A DNA stretch of 64,000 nt from a virus. Its lineage: Duplodnaviria; Caudoviricetes. The position numbers and the translations under genes are program-made. A model generated the notes under the pieces. That model saw nothing but the letters and a program-made list of their open reading frames with translations, was not told the DNA's origin and did no database searches. Shown here one piece after another: positions 54,821 through 64,000 of the stretch (position 1 is its first letter; every line of letters starts with the position of its first letter). The stretch lies in the IMG/VR virus record IMGVR_UViG_3300031992_000011; one strand, given 5' to 3'.

Positions 54821-57800
54821 ATGGCATCTTTGAGTGACAGACTTGGCGACCTGAATTTCTCCAAGAAATTCTCCGAGTTCGCCGACAAGATAAACGGCAG
54901 TGTGCGAAAACGTACAGGAAACGACGCCACGTCACTGTTTGAGAACATAGAGACAGGAAACCGTTACGACAACTCTGACGGCGACAGAGGAGTGCTTCCG
55001 TCTGCGCTTACCGGACTTTATGGAAGACTCAACATAAACGGCGCTTCCACAGAACTCCGCCAAAACAGTTATATTGACGTGATGACCATGCTGTCCGAGA
55101 TGAACCCGAAGGATTTCTGCGACTTCAACGGGCTTATGGGCGCGTTCATGAACCGGCTGATGCAGATAAACATCAACGAGAAGGACATCACACTTGGAGC
55201 GCTCGGACAGGATGCGGCCATAAACGGGGATTCGAACAGGTTGTCGCCTGACATACCTAGATACAGCTATACAGAAGGGCGCAACTACCTCGACTTTGTA
55301 GAGCGCGCCAGAATGACGAGCGGAAGCGACATGTCCACCAGGACGACGAACAACGTCGACACGCCATATTACACAAACGGCAACGAGATATACCGATACA
55401 CCGAGAACCTGTACCCTGACGACAACGGAACGGGGACGTTCTCGAACAAATGGAATGTAGCAAGCCACAGGAACTCCATACTGTACAAGACAAAAAGACT
55501 TTTCGCACAAGGGAAGATAAACTCACTCATATCAAGGTTCGGGACAAACGCAGACCCGCTCTCCACGCCGTTAGACTACACCGGGCGAAAAGGGACGAGG
55601 GTTGGCGGCGAATCACGAGGCAGGAACCTGCTCGCCAAGGACACGTCAAAAAACTACAACGGGTACAACAACCCGTACTGCCGTGTGTGGACACATCATC
55701 ACCAGTACGACCGCGTGTCGAGGATGATAAGGCCGTTCGGCGGTGACTCGACCCTTGAGAAAATGCACGCGTTCCCGAAGGTCAACCCTGTCGAAGGGAG
55801 CAGCGACCAGACGAAGTTCGACACAAAGGGATGGCGCTATTCGGTCATGAGCAACGACGGAGAGAGCAACTACAACGGGTTCGTGAACATAACGCCGAAG
55901 TTCCTCGGAGGGGCGGAGAAGAACATACACACAAAGCAGTGTATGCTCTCCATCGAGAACCTTGCGTGGAGGGGATACAACCCGTATGAGTTCGAGAAGG
56001 CGCTGTCGTGGGAACAGAGAGGCCCTCTTGGCGGAAGGATAATGTGGTTTCCCCCATACGGTCTCACATTCAACGAGACGTCAAACGCGAACTGGTCGTC
56101 TAACAGTTTCATCGGGCGCGGGGAGGACGTGTACACATATGTAAACACACAGAGGACAGGAAGTCTGAGTTTCATCCTGCTCATAGACCATCCGTCCATA
56201 CTTGACTACGCCACATGGAACGACTACGGAAGATACCGGTGGGGCGGCGACACAGACCGTTCGTCGAACGGCGTGACAGACGAGAAGATACTGCAGTTTT
56301 TCGCCGGATGCGACTCGGCCGACGGCGGAGACGCGTCAAGCCTGTTTCATGACGCCAAAGAGACACCGCTCACTGACGAGTACAAATATGAGTTCGTTCC
56401 CGGTGAAATCATAACACCGCAGCTTGTTCCGGAACCTGAAAAACCGGAGCCAAAACCGGAAGATGAACCACCGAGGGAACAACCTGACTCGGTCGAGTTC
56501 TACATATTCTTCCCGAACAACTATTCCGGATACTATGACTACCCGAACAATCCTAACGGGGACGTAGATGCCGTGATGTATCTGATGGCCGGAACCGGCG
56601 CACAGATGGACTTGACGGACGGAACAATAAGGACCATGCGAATCTCTGCCGACCAAATTACGGAAGACGGGACAGGATACGAGATTGACCGAAGTCTGTC
56701 AACAGACAATACGACGATGATGCCAAGACTCAAACCCGCCAAAGGGGGATATACCGCACTGATGGATGACGGGTGGCATTATCGTGTTGACGGCGTGTAT
56801 GTGCAGAAAAAGAACAAACTGTACACGATAAGCGGAAGAACGGAAGGCGGGCAGCTAAACGACACGAACAAGAACACACTGGCGCAGAAACTGAAGTACA
56901 GCAAGAACGACAAGTACAATCATTATGAGGATGAAGCATGCCTTGGGTTGAACAAGAGCGTGTCGGCAGTCAGGAGCAACCTAAAGATAAACGACGAAAC
57001 GCCGAACCTGTATTCCGCTTCCGAGGTCATATGCGCCGCCTTGCGGTACAAAAACAAGACAACCGCAGCGGACAAGGTAAAGTCAAAGGTCGAGTCAAGA
57101 CAGGTCACCATCGACGGCAAACAAATGGAAGCGGTCGACGCCCTTGTCAAATTGTTCAACGAAAGGGAGATTTCCGAAGTTGAGGCGCACGGGTATGCGA
57201 GTACAGACGGTTCGACAAACGCAAGTGTCAGAAACCAGTTTCTTGCGGAACAAAGGTCAAACACAATCGCGACATGGCTGGAAAACATATGTGGATTCAA
57301 AAAAGGCGTAACTGACGGCAATGGTCCTGATGGGGTTGGATATGACAAGAACAAAGAAAACTCGCCGCTGTCCAAAGCATCACGTTATGCTAAAGTTATC
57401 ATTAAATTTGTCACCGAGTCCAAGCAGGACGCCGCAAAGGTAGATGGTGGACAACAGTCTGAGACTACAAGCGAACCGGCGGAAACAACAACACCGGAAA
57501 TTTCTTCCGCTGAGACTGCGCAACAGAACGCAGACAAAACCATTGAAAAACTAAAAGGCGAGTATTTAAAAATACTGACACAGGAAGACGAACAATATTA
57601 TGGTACGTGGGCGCTTTATCGTTTTCTATACTCCAAGTGGGATCAAGACGTGCACAGCAACATGTCACATATTTTAAGTTTAATAGCGCCGTTTGAGTTT
57701 AATACAGATTTGACTGAATTTGCCAGCAAAAAGGTTGACGAATACATCGGATGGGCGAACGATTCTCGTTTAGGCGGATATAATGCGGCATACGAACCAT

Positions 57801-59506
57801 ACATAAATGGCGCAGAGGAAATAGGAGCGTTGTTAGATACAGAAGGAACGTATGAAGAGATGATGGCATTTTTCGAGGAGAAAAAAAATGGTCCTGACGG
57901 TGAATGGTATAAAAATTTCGAGCAAAAACTAATGCACGAGCAGATCGGCAACGATGAACGTGTAATCCTTGCATACGCAGGCGCGTGTCTTTTTGGTGTT
58001 TTGTACATGGGATACATTAAAAATTTCTTCAAAGAAATAAAAGATTACACAAGCACATTACCACAATCAGACGCTGCGGCGGAACAAACCGACGCGAGCA
58101 TATCTGACGCGAACAAGGCAAACAAGATAAGTGACACATCGCCGAGCGAGGCGACCGTGGAGACCGGTCAGAGGGTCAGCAAATATGTCGGATACAACGA
58201 AGTGCTTCGTCCGGACGGCAGTTCATACAACCCGAAGCGGTACAGGACGACGAACGACGGCGAGGACAGCATATGGATAGATGTTGGTGACGGAAAACTG
58301 CAGAAGATAACCAGACAATACAAGGCGCGGTTCGCAAACAACGACGCCGGCATCGAGAACGACAAGGACGAATACAACAAGTACAGATATGACCAAGAGT
58401 ACTACTTCTACCGCAAGCTTGAACGGGAAAGCCCGCTGGTGTTCCAGAGACTTGTCGACAAACTGAAGTATTTTGACCCGGCATTCCACTCAATGACACC
58501 GGAGGGATTCAACGGCCGGCTCACGTTCCTTCATCAGTGCACAAGGCAGGGCAACACCGTCACAATGTCAGACAGCGGCGGAAAGACGGCCAACAACCTG
58601 GCGTTCGGGAGACCTCCTTTCTGCGTATTGCGGATCGGCGACTTTGTCAATCAGATGGTCATCATCAACAACGTGAACTTTGACTACACGGTGTCAGAGG
58701 GCATAACGTGGGACCTCAACCCGGAAGGCGCCGGAGTACAGCCTATGCTTTGCCGCGTCACACTCACACTTACGCTGATAGGAGGAAGCGATCTGGCCGG
58801 ACCGATACGCAGACTGCAGAACGCGATGTCCTTCAACTACTACGCCAACGCACGTCTGTACGACAACCGGGCGGACAGGGTGATGTACAACTCAGAGGGT
58901 GACGCGAGACTCGAGGGCGCTGTCGACTGGGAAATCAACAAGGAACAGTCCTATTCATACAGGACAGCGATGTACAACAAACAAGACCCGTGGGCGAATT
59001 GGATAGACGAGAACAGAGACCGTCTCGTGGAGTCGGCCAAGACGGAAGTCGGAATGCTTCCGCAGATAGACGGAATCAAGTTGCCTGACTTCGGCGGCAT
59101 AGGAACGCAGCAGCAAACGGACGGCGCAGACTCTGCGAGCAGCGACACAACACGCCAGCGCGGAAGCGTAACCGGTGAAGAAGAACCGTCTGCGGCAGGA
59201 ACATCCGTATCCGCGACACAGAGAAGCGCAAACGACAGTCCGGAAACGCCAAAACCAAACTACACGGCTAATGCTGTGGACCAAATGAAAAAATATCTTG
59301 ACGCGCTCGGTCGAGATAAGTCATATCATGACAGTGAAGGGCTTGACTACTATCATCTTATAGACTACATTGAAATGGACAAATTATTTAATCCACAGGT
59401 GATGAAAGACGACAGGAATGGCAACAAATTCTGGCGGGGGACTCTTGAGATGTTTGAGACAAATCCGGAGCTATGGACAGGTGGAGGCAATAAAAAAGAA
59501 CAGTAA
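54821..59506 (+). CDS. Baseplate tube-initiator/cap-like protein with a large insertion containing an OmpA-like domain (1561 aa)
   Basis: Split tube-fold motifs FNETSNANW....IGRGE..YTY....RT.SLSF and PPFCVLRIGD...II..V.FDY...WD....QPM...VTL; internal HGYASTDG....NQFLAEQRS.TI. Confidence 0.6.
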   Translation: MASLSDRLGDLNFSKKFSEFADKINGSVRKRTGNDATSLFENIETGNRYDNSDGDRGVLPSALTGLYGRLNINGASTELRQNSYIDVMTMLSEMNPKDFCDFNGLMGAFMNRLMQININEKDITLGALGQDAAINGDSNRLSPDIPRYSYTEGRNYLDFVERARMTSGSDMSTRTTNNVDTPYYTNGNEIYRYTENLYPDDNGTGTFSNKWNVASHRNSILYKTKRLFAQGKINSLISRFGTNADPLSTPLDYTGRKGTRVGGESRGRNLLAKDTSKNYNGYNNPYCRVWTHHHQYDRVSRMIRPFGGDSTLEKMHAFPKVNPVEGSSDQTKFDTKGWRYSVMSNDGESNYNGFVNITPKFLGGAEKNIHTKQCMLSIENLAWRGYNPYEFEKALSWEQRGPLGGRIMWFPPYGLTFNETSNANWSSNSFIGRGEDVYTYVNTQRTGSLSFILLIDHPSILDYATWNDYGRYRWGGDTDRSSNGVTDEKILQFFAGCDSADGGDASSLFHDAKETPLTDEYKYEFVPGEIITPQLVPEPEKPEPKPEDEPPREQPDSVEFYIFFPNNYSGYYDYPNNPNGDVDAVMYLMAGTGAQMDLTDGTIRTMRISADQITEDGTGYEIDRSLSTDNTTMMPRLKPAKGGYTALMDDGWHYRVDGVYVQKKNKLYTISGRTEGGQLNDTNKNTLAQKLKYSKNDKYNHYEDEACLGLNKSVSAVRSNLKINDETPNLYSASEVICAALRYKNKTTAADKVKSKVESRQVTIDGKQMEAVDALVKLFNEREISEVEAHGYASTDGSTNASVRNQFLAEQRSNTIATWLENICGFKKGVTDGNGPDGVGYDKNKENSPLSKASRYAKVIIKFVTESKQDAAKVDGGQQSETTSEPAETTTPEISSAETAQQNADKTIEKLKGEYLKILTQEDEQYYGTWALYRFLYSKWDQDVHSNMSHILSLIAPFEFNTDLTEFASKKVDEYIGWANDSRLGGYNAAYEPYINGAEEIGALLDTEGTYEEMMAFFEEKKNGPDGEWYKNFEQKLMHEQIGNDERVILAYAGACLFGVLYMGYIKNFFKEIKDYTSTLPQSDAAAEQTDASISDANKANKISDTSPSEATVETGQRVSKYVGYNEVLRPDGSSYNPKRYRTTNDGEDSIWIDVGDGKLQKITRQYKARFANNDAGIENDKDEYNKYRYDQEYYFYRKLERESPLVFQRLVDKLKYFDPAFHSMTPEGFNGRLTFLHQCTRQGNTVTMSDSGGKTANNLAFGRPPFCVLRIGDFVNQMVIINNVNFDYTVSEGITWDLNPEGAGVQPMLCRVTLTLTLIGGSDLAGPIRRLQNAMSFNYYANARLYDNRADRVMYNSEGDARLEGAVDWEINKEQSYSYRTAMYNKQDPWANWIDENRDRLVESAKTEVGMLPQIDGIKLPDFGGIGTQQQTDGADSASSDTTRQRGSVTGEEEPSAAGTSVSATQRSANDSPETPKPNYTANAVDQMKKYLDALGRDKSYHDSEGLDYYHLIDYIEMDKLFNPQVMKDDRNGNKFWRGTLEMFETNPELWTGGGNKKEQ

Positions 59507-59508
59507 CG

Positions 59509-59832
59509 ATGGCATACTACGACAGATATAAGCAGTTCCGCAAGGACGGAAAGGTCGAACTTGTTCCGTTCGTCAGGATAGGCGAGGAAGTGTCCGACCT
59601 TCACATCATTTTCGACAAGGAGAAGATGCGTCTTGACAATTTGTCTTACAAATACTATGGCGATCCGGACTACGCGTGGCTGATACTTCAGGCCAACCCG
59701 TCACTCGGCGGATATGAGTACAGCATCAAGGACGGAGTCAGGCTGCGGATACCATATCCGCTAAACTCGGCACTTGTGCGTTATGACAGGGGGATATCCG
59801 CTGCGATGGCGCACACTTCTACAGTCAAGTGA
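59509..59832 (+). CDS. LysM/gp53-like baseplate wedge protein
   Basis: RLDNLSYKYYGDPDYAWLILQANP...IKDGVRLRIP. Confidence 0.8.
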   Translation: MAYYDRYKQFRKDGKVELVPFVRIGEEVSDLHIIFDKEKMRLDNLSYKYYGDPDYAWLILQANPSLGGYEYSIKDGVRLRIPYPLNSALVRYDRGISAAMAHTSTVK

Positions 59833-59864
59833 ATTTTGTTTGAATAACCAAAAACAACATCGAG

Positions 59865-62800
59865 ATGTCGCAGAACAACAAGGAAGGAAAAAGCCCGCAG
59901 GACAGCGGAAGGATTATCTATTACGACCCGAACGACGCGTTCGGGGAGATAAATGGTGTTCCGTTGACACCGGACTACAGCGAGATGTGCATTGCGTTTG
60001 ACCTTGTTGTTGAAATGGTCAACCGTTTCCGCTCAAATGGTTTGATAGGCGAGAACGGTTCCAGGAAGTTCAAATTGTCATGGCGCTCTCCGATAGCGAC
60101 AAAACCGGACGGTGAGCGCACAGAAGACTACATGACCTTCCTCCGCGGCAACGGTTCGACAAAGGAGGACGGAGGGTATCTGACGACATACTACACCGAC
60201 GTGTCCTTCGATGACCTGCGCGCCGACAGCGAAGGCGTGATAGTGGAGGGCCTCGGCGTTGAGTCTATACAGGTCGCGTTTGAGAGCTATTACGCTCCGA
60301 CTGTCAGCATAAAATTTGTGGATTACCGCGGTTCGGCCATATTCGCGAGAGAGGAACTTGTCCACAACAACGACGAGATAACTTCAGACACGATATTCGG
60401 ATGTTTCTTCACGTGTCCGTATCCGAAGTTCCGTCTTCAGATGAAAGGGTTTTTCGGCAAGCCGGTCACATATCAGCTCACTTGCTCGTCATTCAAAGGT
60501 AACCTCAACCCGTCGACCGGCAATTTTGAGGCGACTGTCACATTCATAGGATACCAGTACGGAATTTTGACCGACATACCGCTCAATTATCTGATAGCGG
60601 CGCCGTATTGCGACTACGAGGGATCAAGCTATTGGGCATCAAGGGAGAATTCACCGGAATGGGACTTGGGAGGAAGACCGATGGTCAGGTTATACGACCT
60701 GTTCCGTGACATTGAGGACGCAATGTCCGACAACGAGCTGATAAAGGGTGTGACGAACGATACGGAGGATGCGATGAACGACTCCAACGCGGAGATGGAC
60801 GCCATAAGCATCATACAGTCGCACTACACCATATTTCTCAACAGTTTCGCAGAAAAGACAGGGGCGAGCGGTTTTGTAACGACGGAAGGTGAGCATGCGC
60901 AAGTGCTATTCACCTACAAGTCAGAGGACATACAGAACATTGAAAGCGTAATCGACTCAGAATGGCGCACATTAAGTGACCTTGTCGACGACTTCAATAC
61001 GAACCATCCCGGGACACAGCTGACCGGAGGGGAAGAATCCATATTCAAGAACGGGATTGAACATACAGCGAAAGCGGTGGATTTCTTCATACTGCCGGAG
61101 AACAGGATTACATCAGCGAACAGCAAGTTGGCGAGAGTGTCATACGTACGCAAGCGAGAAGTCACCAAATACAGTCTTGAGGGTGTCGATGTCCAATCAG
61201 GGTCGTCGATAACGAAGGACATGTCGGAGGCGATATACAACACGTTCGTTGAAGGGAACTCAAATGACAACAGGTGTGACAGGTACGCGTACCTATTGGA
61301 CATGGGCGGTGTACTATACAGATGCAATGACAGAATCAGGGCGATAAGGAAAGACCTCAACACCGCAAAGGAGAACCGGGAGGAGATGTACATCAGACTG
61401 GCCGACGCCAAACTTCATGTCATACCGAGGATAGGGAACATATTCAAGATTATATGCGCCCATATCGAGACATTCGCCCACATGATGTATGAGCTCAACA
61501 AGCGCGTCAGCCAGAACTCTTCGGCGAGAACGCCGTCAATGCTCGGTGTGAACATAAACAGGACTGACGTGTCACCCGGCGCCACAACAACCATACCGGC
61601 GTGGCCGATGATATACGCGTCACAGAACAGCGACACCGTGTACTCGATAGACGAGACGGAGGACAATGTCTTCGGGTGGGTCGGTGACTTCAGCCACAAT
61701 TTTGAGGAGGAGAAACTGATACGCGCACTCTATGCGGCTTCATACAAGGCGACCGGCGGCGGTCTTGACTATGACAAATACAAATACACAGTGAGATATC
61801 TTCCGATGTTCCCGATGGATGTGGTCTTGAACGGTTCTCCGTTCTCTTCCATAGGCGGAATATCGGACGAACGCAGGACAATATCTGAGCTTGCCGGATA
61901 CATCGGTATGAGAACAGCGCAGATTTTCGGAATTTGCGAGCCGGAGAAGGTAGACGACGGATTGGCCAAAGCGATAGGAATGGTGGACGCGTTCAATTTC
62001 TACGCGCAGGTCAAAGACAGACAACTGATAAGCGAGAGGATACTGAACGTAACAAAGGAAGACACATTGAAAAAGGCGCTTTATGGAATCATGCTATGCG
62101 ACGAAAACTATGACAAGTACGCCGTCACCAACGAAAACGGAAAAAGCGCCCATGTGTTTGAGACTAACAAATGTGTCCAGCCAAAGGTAAAAGAGCAAAG
62201 ACACCCGATATATGTCGAAGACGGTGGAAATCTGCAGTATGTGCATTATGTGACAAAGGAAAAACACGGAATACTCCCGTCCCAGACGCCATCCTTCAAG
62301 GCAAAATCATTCAATTACAGTTATGTGGCGGACACCGATGAACCATACTTCACCGTCAACAGCGACGGATACAAAGATTTGCTGTACAACGCCGCAGACG
62401 ACGCGGAGGATGTGTTCGGAAAAGACAACTCCGACATTGACACAGGATTATTCACCGTGTTGGATCCCAAAATATCCACGGGAATGATATCCCGCTACAG
62501 CGAGATGAACACCGGCGAGTTCAAGATCAACGGCGAACCGGAAAAACTTGAAGAAATCAAAAAGGTGCTGGACAGGTACTGGAAAATCGGGAAATCAAGT
62601 TATAGCAATTACATTTCCCCGGGCATGGGTCTTACGGACCGCTATGACAAAATCGGGGTCGCAAATCTGCTGTGGACCAACGGAAGACCAAAAGACGGGA
62701 ATTTCTCGCCGTGGCACGTAATTCATGAAGTCACCGACGCGAAACATTCCGCCACATACGACATCGAAAGCGGCGAATTCAAAGTCGGGGAAGAAAAAGA

Positions 62801-64000
62801 GACGAGCGAGATAAACACTCTTTGCGTCTCGTTATTGCGGGCATACACCATAATAGGCGGACGGAACACGGTAGTGTCATCGCTTTTCGGACATAAGATG
62901 TACGTGCAACAGACGGACACAAGTTCGAAGGCATACCTATTCCTCCTTGCCCTTCCGTTCAATTACACCAAAACACCTGGAATATTATACGACAGCAACA
63001 GGCACGCGAGAATAGAAGGTGTCCCATACGGGTACGCGCTAGGCCTTGGCGCAATACTGTGGAGGCAAAAGAAGATGTCTGGCGGCCAAGGAGGCGATCC
63101 GATCATATGGGACGGATACGAGCCCGCCGGACCGAATGAAAGCGCCTACTACCATAACACCGGGGACAAAGGGTTCGTCGGGTTTGTCCCGAAGGGAATG
63201 TCCACCAACTTTTCGCGGGTTGACTACAGTAAATTGTCACGGATCAGTGCGCCGGAAAAAAATGAACTGATACGGCATTTTGAGGATTTCGTCAACAGTC
63301 CGGAATGGGCGAAAATACGGTATGCGACGGACATATACTCACCGGACAACGCCAAGAAGATAGAGGAGATGACCAAACTCTTCTTCGACATGATGGACAC
63401 CGACACCGAACACACGGAACAGAAAGACAAGACTGTCGACATGGAAATCGCCGACAAGTGGGTAAAAGCGCTGTTCTCCTCGTTCAAGTGCAGAGGAAAC
63501 AACGCGTTCTGCTACGCGTGCGGAAATTTTGCCTTACACGACAACCCGAACAAAGACTCCATGATACTGCTGATGAGGGACGATTGTGAGGCGCAGGAGA
63601 TAATACGCGCCCTCATACGCTATGAAGTGCTATTTGCGGACGCGTACGGAAACAAGTCAGGGGAAAAACCCGGACAATACAGCGACATCACAGTAGACAA
63701 GTCCAATCTCGATTCATATCTTGACGGTTTCTCGTCCAAGCTGAACGAACTGGCGACAAAAAACATGGAGGGCGTCGTTGTGTCCGACACCGAAGTGGAG
63801 GTCGAGAAGAACAAAGAGATAGAGTACAACCGCGACATCATGGTGTCCATGTACAGATATCTGAAGAATGTATGGGACAAGTGGCTGATAGCGATGACTG
63901 AGGACGAGTTCCGTGTCGAGAACTTCTTCAACAAACACTTCCGTTTCATCGACATGATGTACCGGGACATATATGACCGGATGATGATAAATTGTGAGAC
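59865..64000 (+). CDS. Very large baseplate hub-like protein (partial, runs off the right edge)
   Basis: Absent from the ORF track, consistent with no stop inside the window. Manual translation of the 5' part: MSQNNKEGKSPQ...GLGVESIQVAFESYYAPTVSIKFVDYRG...PYPKFRLQMKGFFGKPVTYQL...GNFEATVTFIGY. Confidence 0.75.
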   Translation, partial: MSQNNKEGKSPQDSGRIIYYDPNDAFGEINGVPLTPDYSEMCIAFDLVVEMVNRFRSNGLIGENGSRKFKLSWRSPIATKPDGERTEDYMTFLRGNGSTKEDGGYLTTYYTDVSFDDLRADSEGVIVEGLGVESIQVAFESYYAPTVSIKFVDYRGSAIFAREELVHNNDEITSDTIFGCFFTCPYPKFRLQMKGFFGKPVTYQLTCSSFKGNLNPSTGNFEATVTFIGYQYGILTDIPLNYLIAAPYCDYEGSSYWASRENSPEWDLGGRPMVRLYDLFRDIEDAMSDNELIKGVTNDTEDAMNDSNAEMDAISIIQSHYTIFLNSFAEKTGASGFVTTEGEHAQVLFTYKSEDIQNIESVIDSEWRTLSDLVDDFNTNHPGTQLTGGEESIFKNGIEHTAKAVDFFILPENRITSANSKLARVSYVRKREVTKYSLEGVDVQSGSSITKDMSEAIYNTFVEGNSNDNRCDRYAYLLDMGGVLYRCNDRIRAIRKDLNTAKENREEMYIRLADAKLHVIPRIGNIFKIICAHIETFAHMMYELNKRVSQNSSARTPSMLGVNINRTDVSPGATTTIPAWPMIYASQNSDTVYSIDETEDNVFGWVGDFSHNFEEEKLIRALYAASYKATGGGLDYDKYKYTVRYLPMFPMDVVLNGSPFSSIGGISDERRTISELAGYIGMRTAQIFGICEPEKVDDGLAKAIGMVDAFNFYAQVKDRQLISERILNVTKEDTLKKALYGIMLCDENYDKYAVTNENGKSAHVFETNKCVQPKVKEQRHPIYVEDGGNLQYVHYVTKEKHGILPSQTPSFKAKSFNYSYVADTDEPYFTVNSDGYKDLLYNAADDAEDVFGKDNSDIDTGLFTVLDPKISTGMISRYSEMNTGEFKINGEPEKLEEIKKVLDRYWKIGKSSYSNYISPGMGLTDRYDKIGVANLLWTNGRPKDGNFSPWHVIHEVTDAKHSATYDIESGEFKVGEEKETSEINTLCVSLLRAYTIIGGRNTVVSSLFGHKMYVQQTDTSSKAYLFLLALPFNYTKTPGILYDSNRHARIEGVPYGYALGLGAILWRQKKMSGGQGGDPIIWDGYEPAGPNESAYYHNTGDKGFVGFVPKGMSTNFSRVDYSKLSRISAPEKNELIRHFEDFVNSPEWAKIRYATDIYSPDNAKKIEEMTKLFFDMMDTDTEHTEQKDKTVDMEIADKWVKALFSSFKCRGNNAFCYACGNFALHDNPNKDSMILLMRDDCEAQEIIRALIRYEVLFADAYGNKSGEKPGQYSDITVDKSNLDSYLDGFSSKLNELATKNMEGVVVSDTEVEVEKNKEIEYNRDIMVSMYRYLKNVWDKWLIAMTEDEFRVENFFNKHFRFIDMMYRDIYDRMMINCE

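Noticed and set aside
1-64000. Stop-codon recoding as in Lak or some crAss-like phages
   Set aside because: Large genes are intact in the standard code, coding density is high, and TAA, TGA and TAG all terminate genes at sensible boundaries.
1-64000. tRNA genes, rRNA, CRISPR arrays, IS elements
   Set aside because: I found no cloverleaf or T-loop signature, regularly spaced repeats or transposase motifs in the short intergenic gaps.

Overview
This 64 kb window is part of a large, T4-like contractile-tailed (myovirus, probably jumbo) phage genome in the standard genetic code. The host is most likely a Bacteroidota (Bacteroidales/Prevotella-like): DNA-metabolism genes carry canonical TTTG-N20/21-TAnnTTTG promoters, and starts are A-rich with no obvious Shine-Dalgarno. 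The window holds four kinds of genes. (i) Virion genes: baseplate spike fragment, tail-fibre-like genes, neck proteins, tail sheath, gp26/gp51-like hub chaperones, tape measure and baseplate proteins. (ii) Replication and DNA metabolism: family B DNA polymerase, SNF2 helicase, DEDDh exonuclease, dUTPase and four DNA methyltransferases. (iii) A sigma-factor-like gene next to two glycosyltransferases, an Acb1-like 2H phosphodiesterase and a formate/nitrite channel. (iv) A dispersed family of genes, mostly under a putative late TATTTA promoter, whose products share an amphipathic '(I/L)xE..L..(I/V).E(S/A)V...L(N/T/S)E' segment. I propose that segment is a capsid-targeting and prohead-protease cleavage signal that loads injectable cargo: a 2H-phosphoesterase/EcoRI-type methyltransferase fusion, an ART-like protein and a WYL protein. 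Other notable observations are three separable promoter classes, a stand-alone sRNA candidate antisense to AUGAAAAA starts, an ori-like cruciform and a circularly permuted FISUMP domain nested in a tail-fibre domain. All protein family calls come from recognising motifs by eye; no database search was run.
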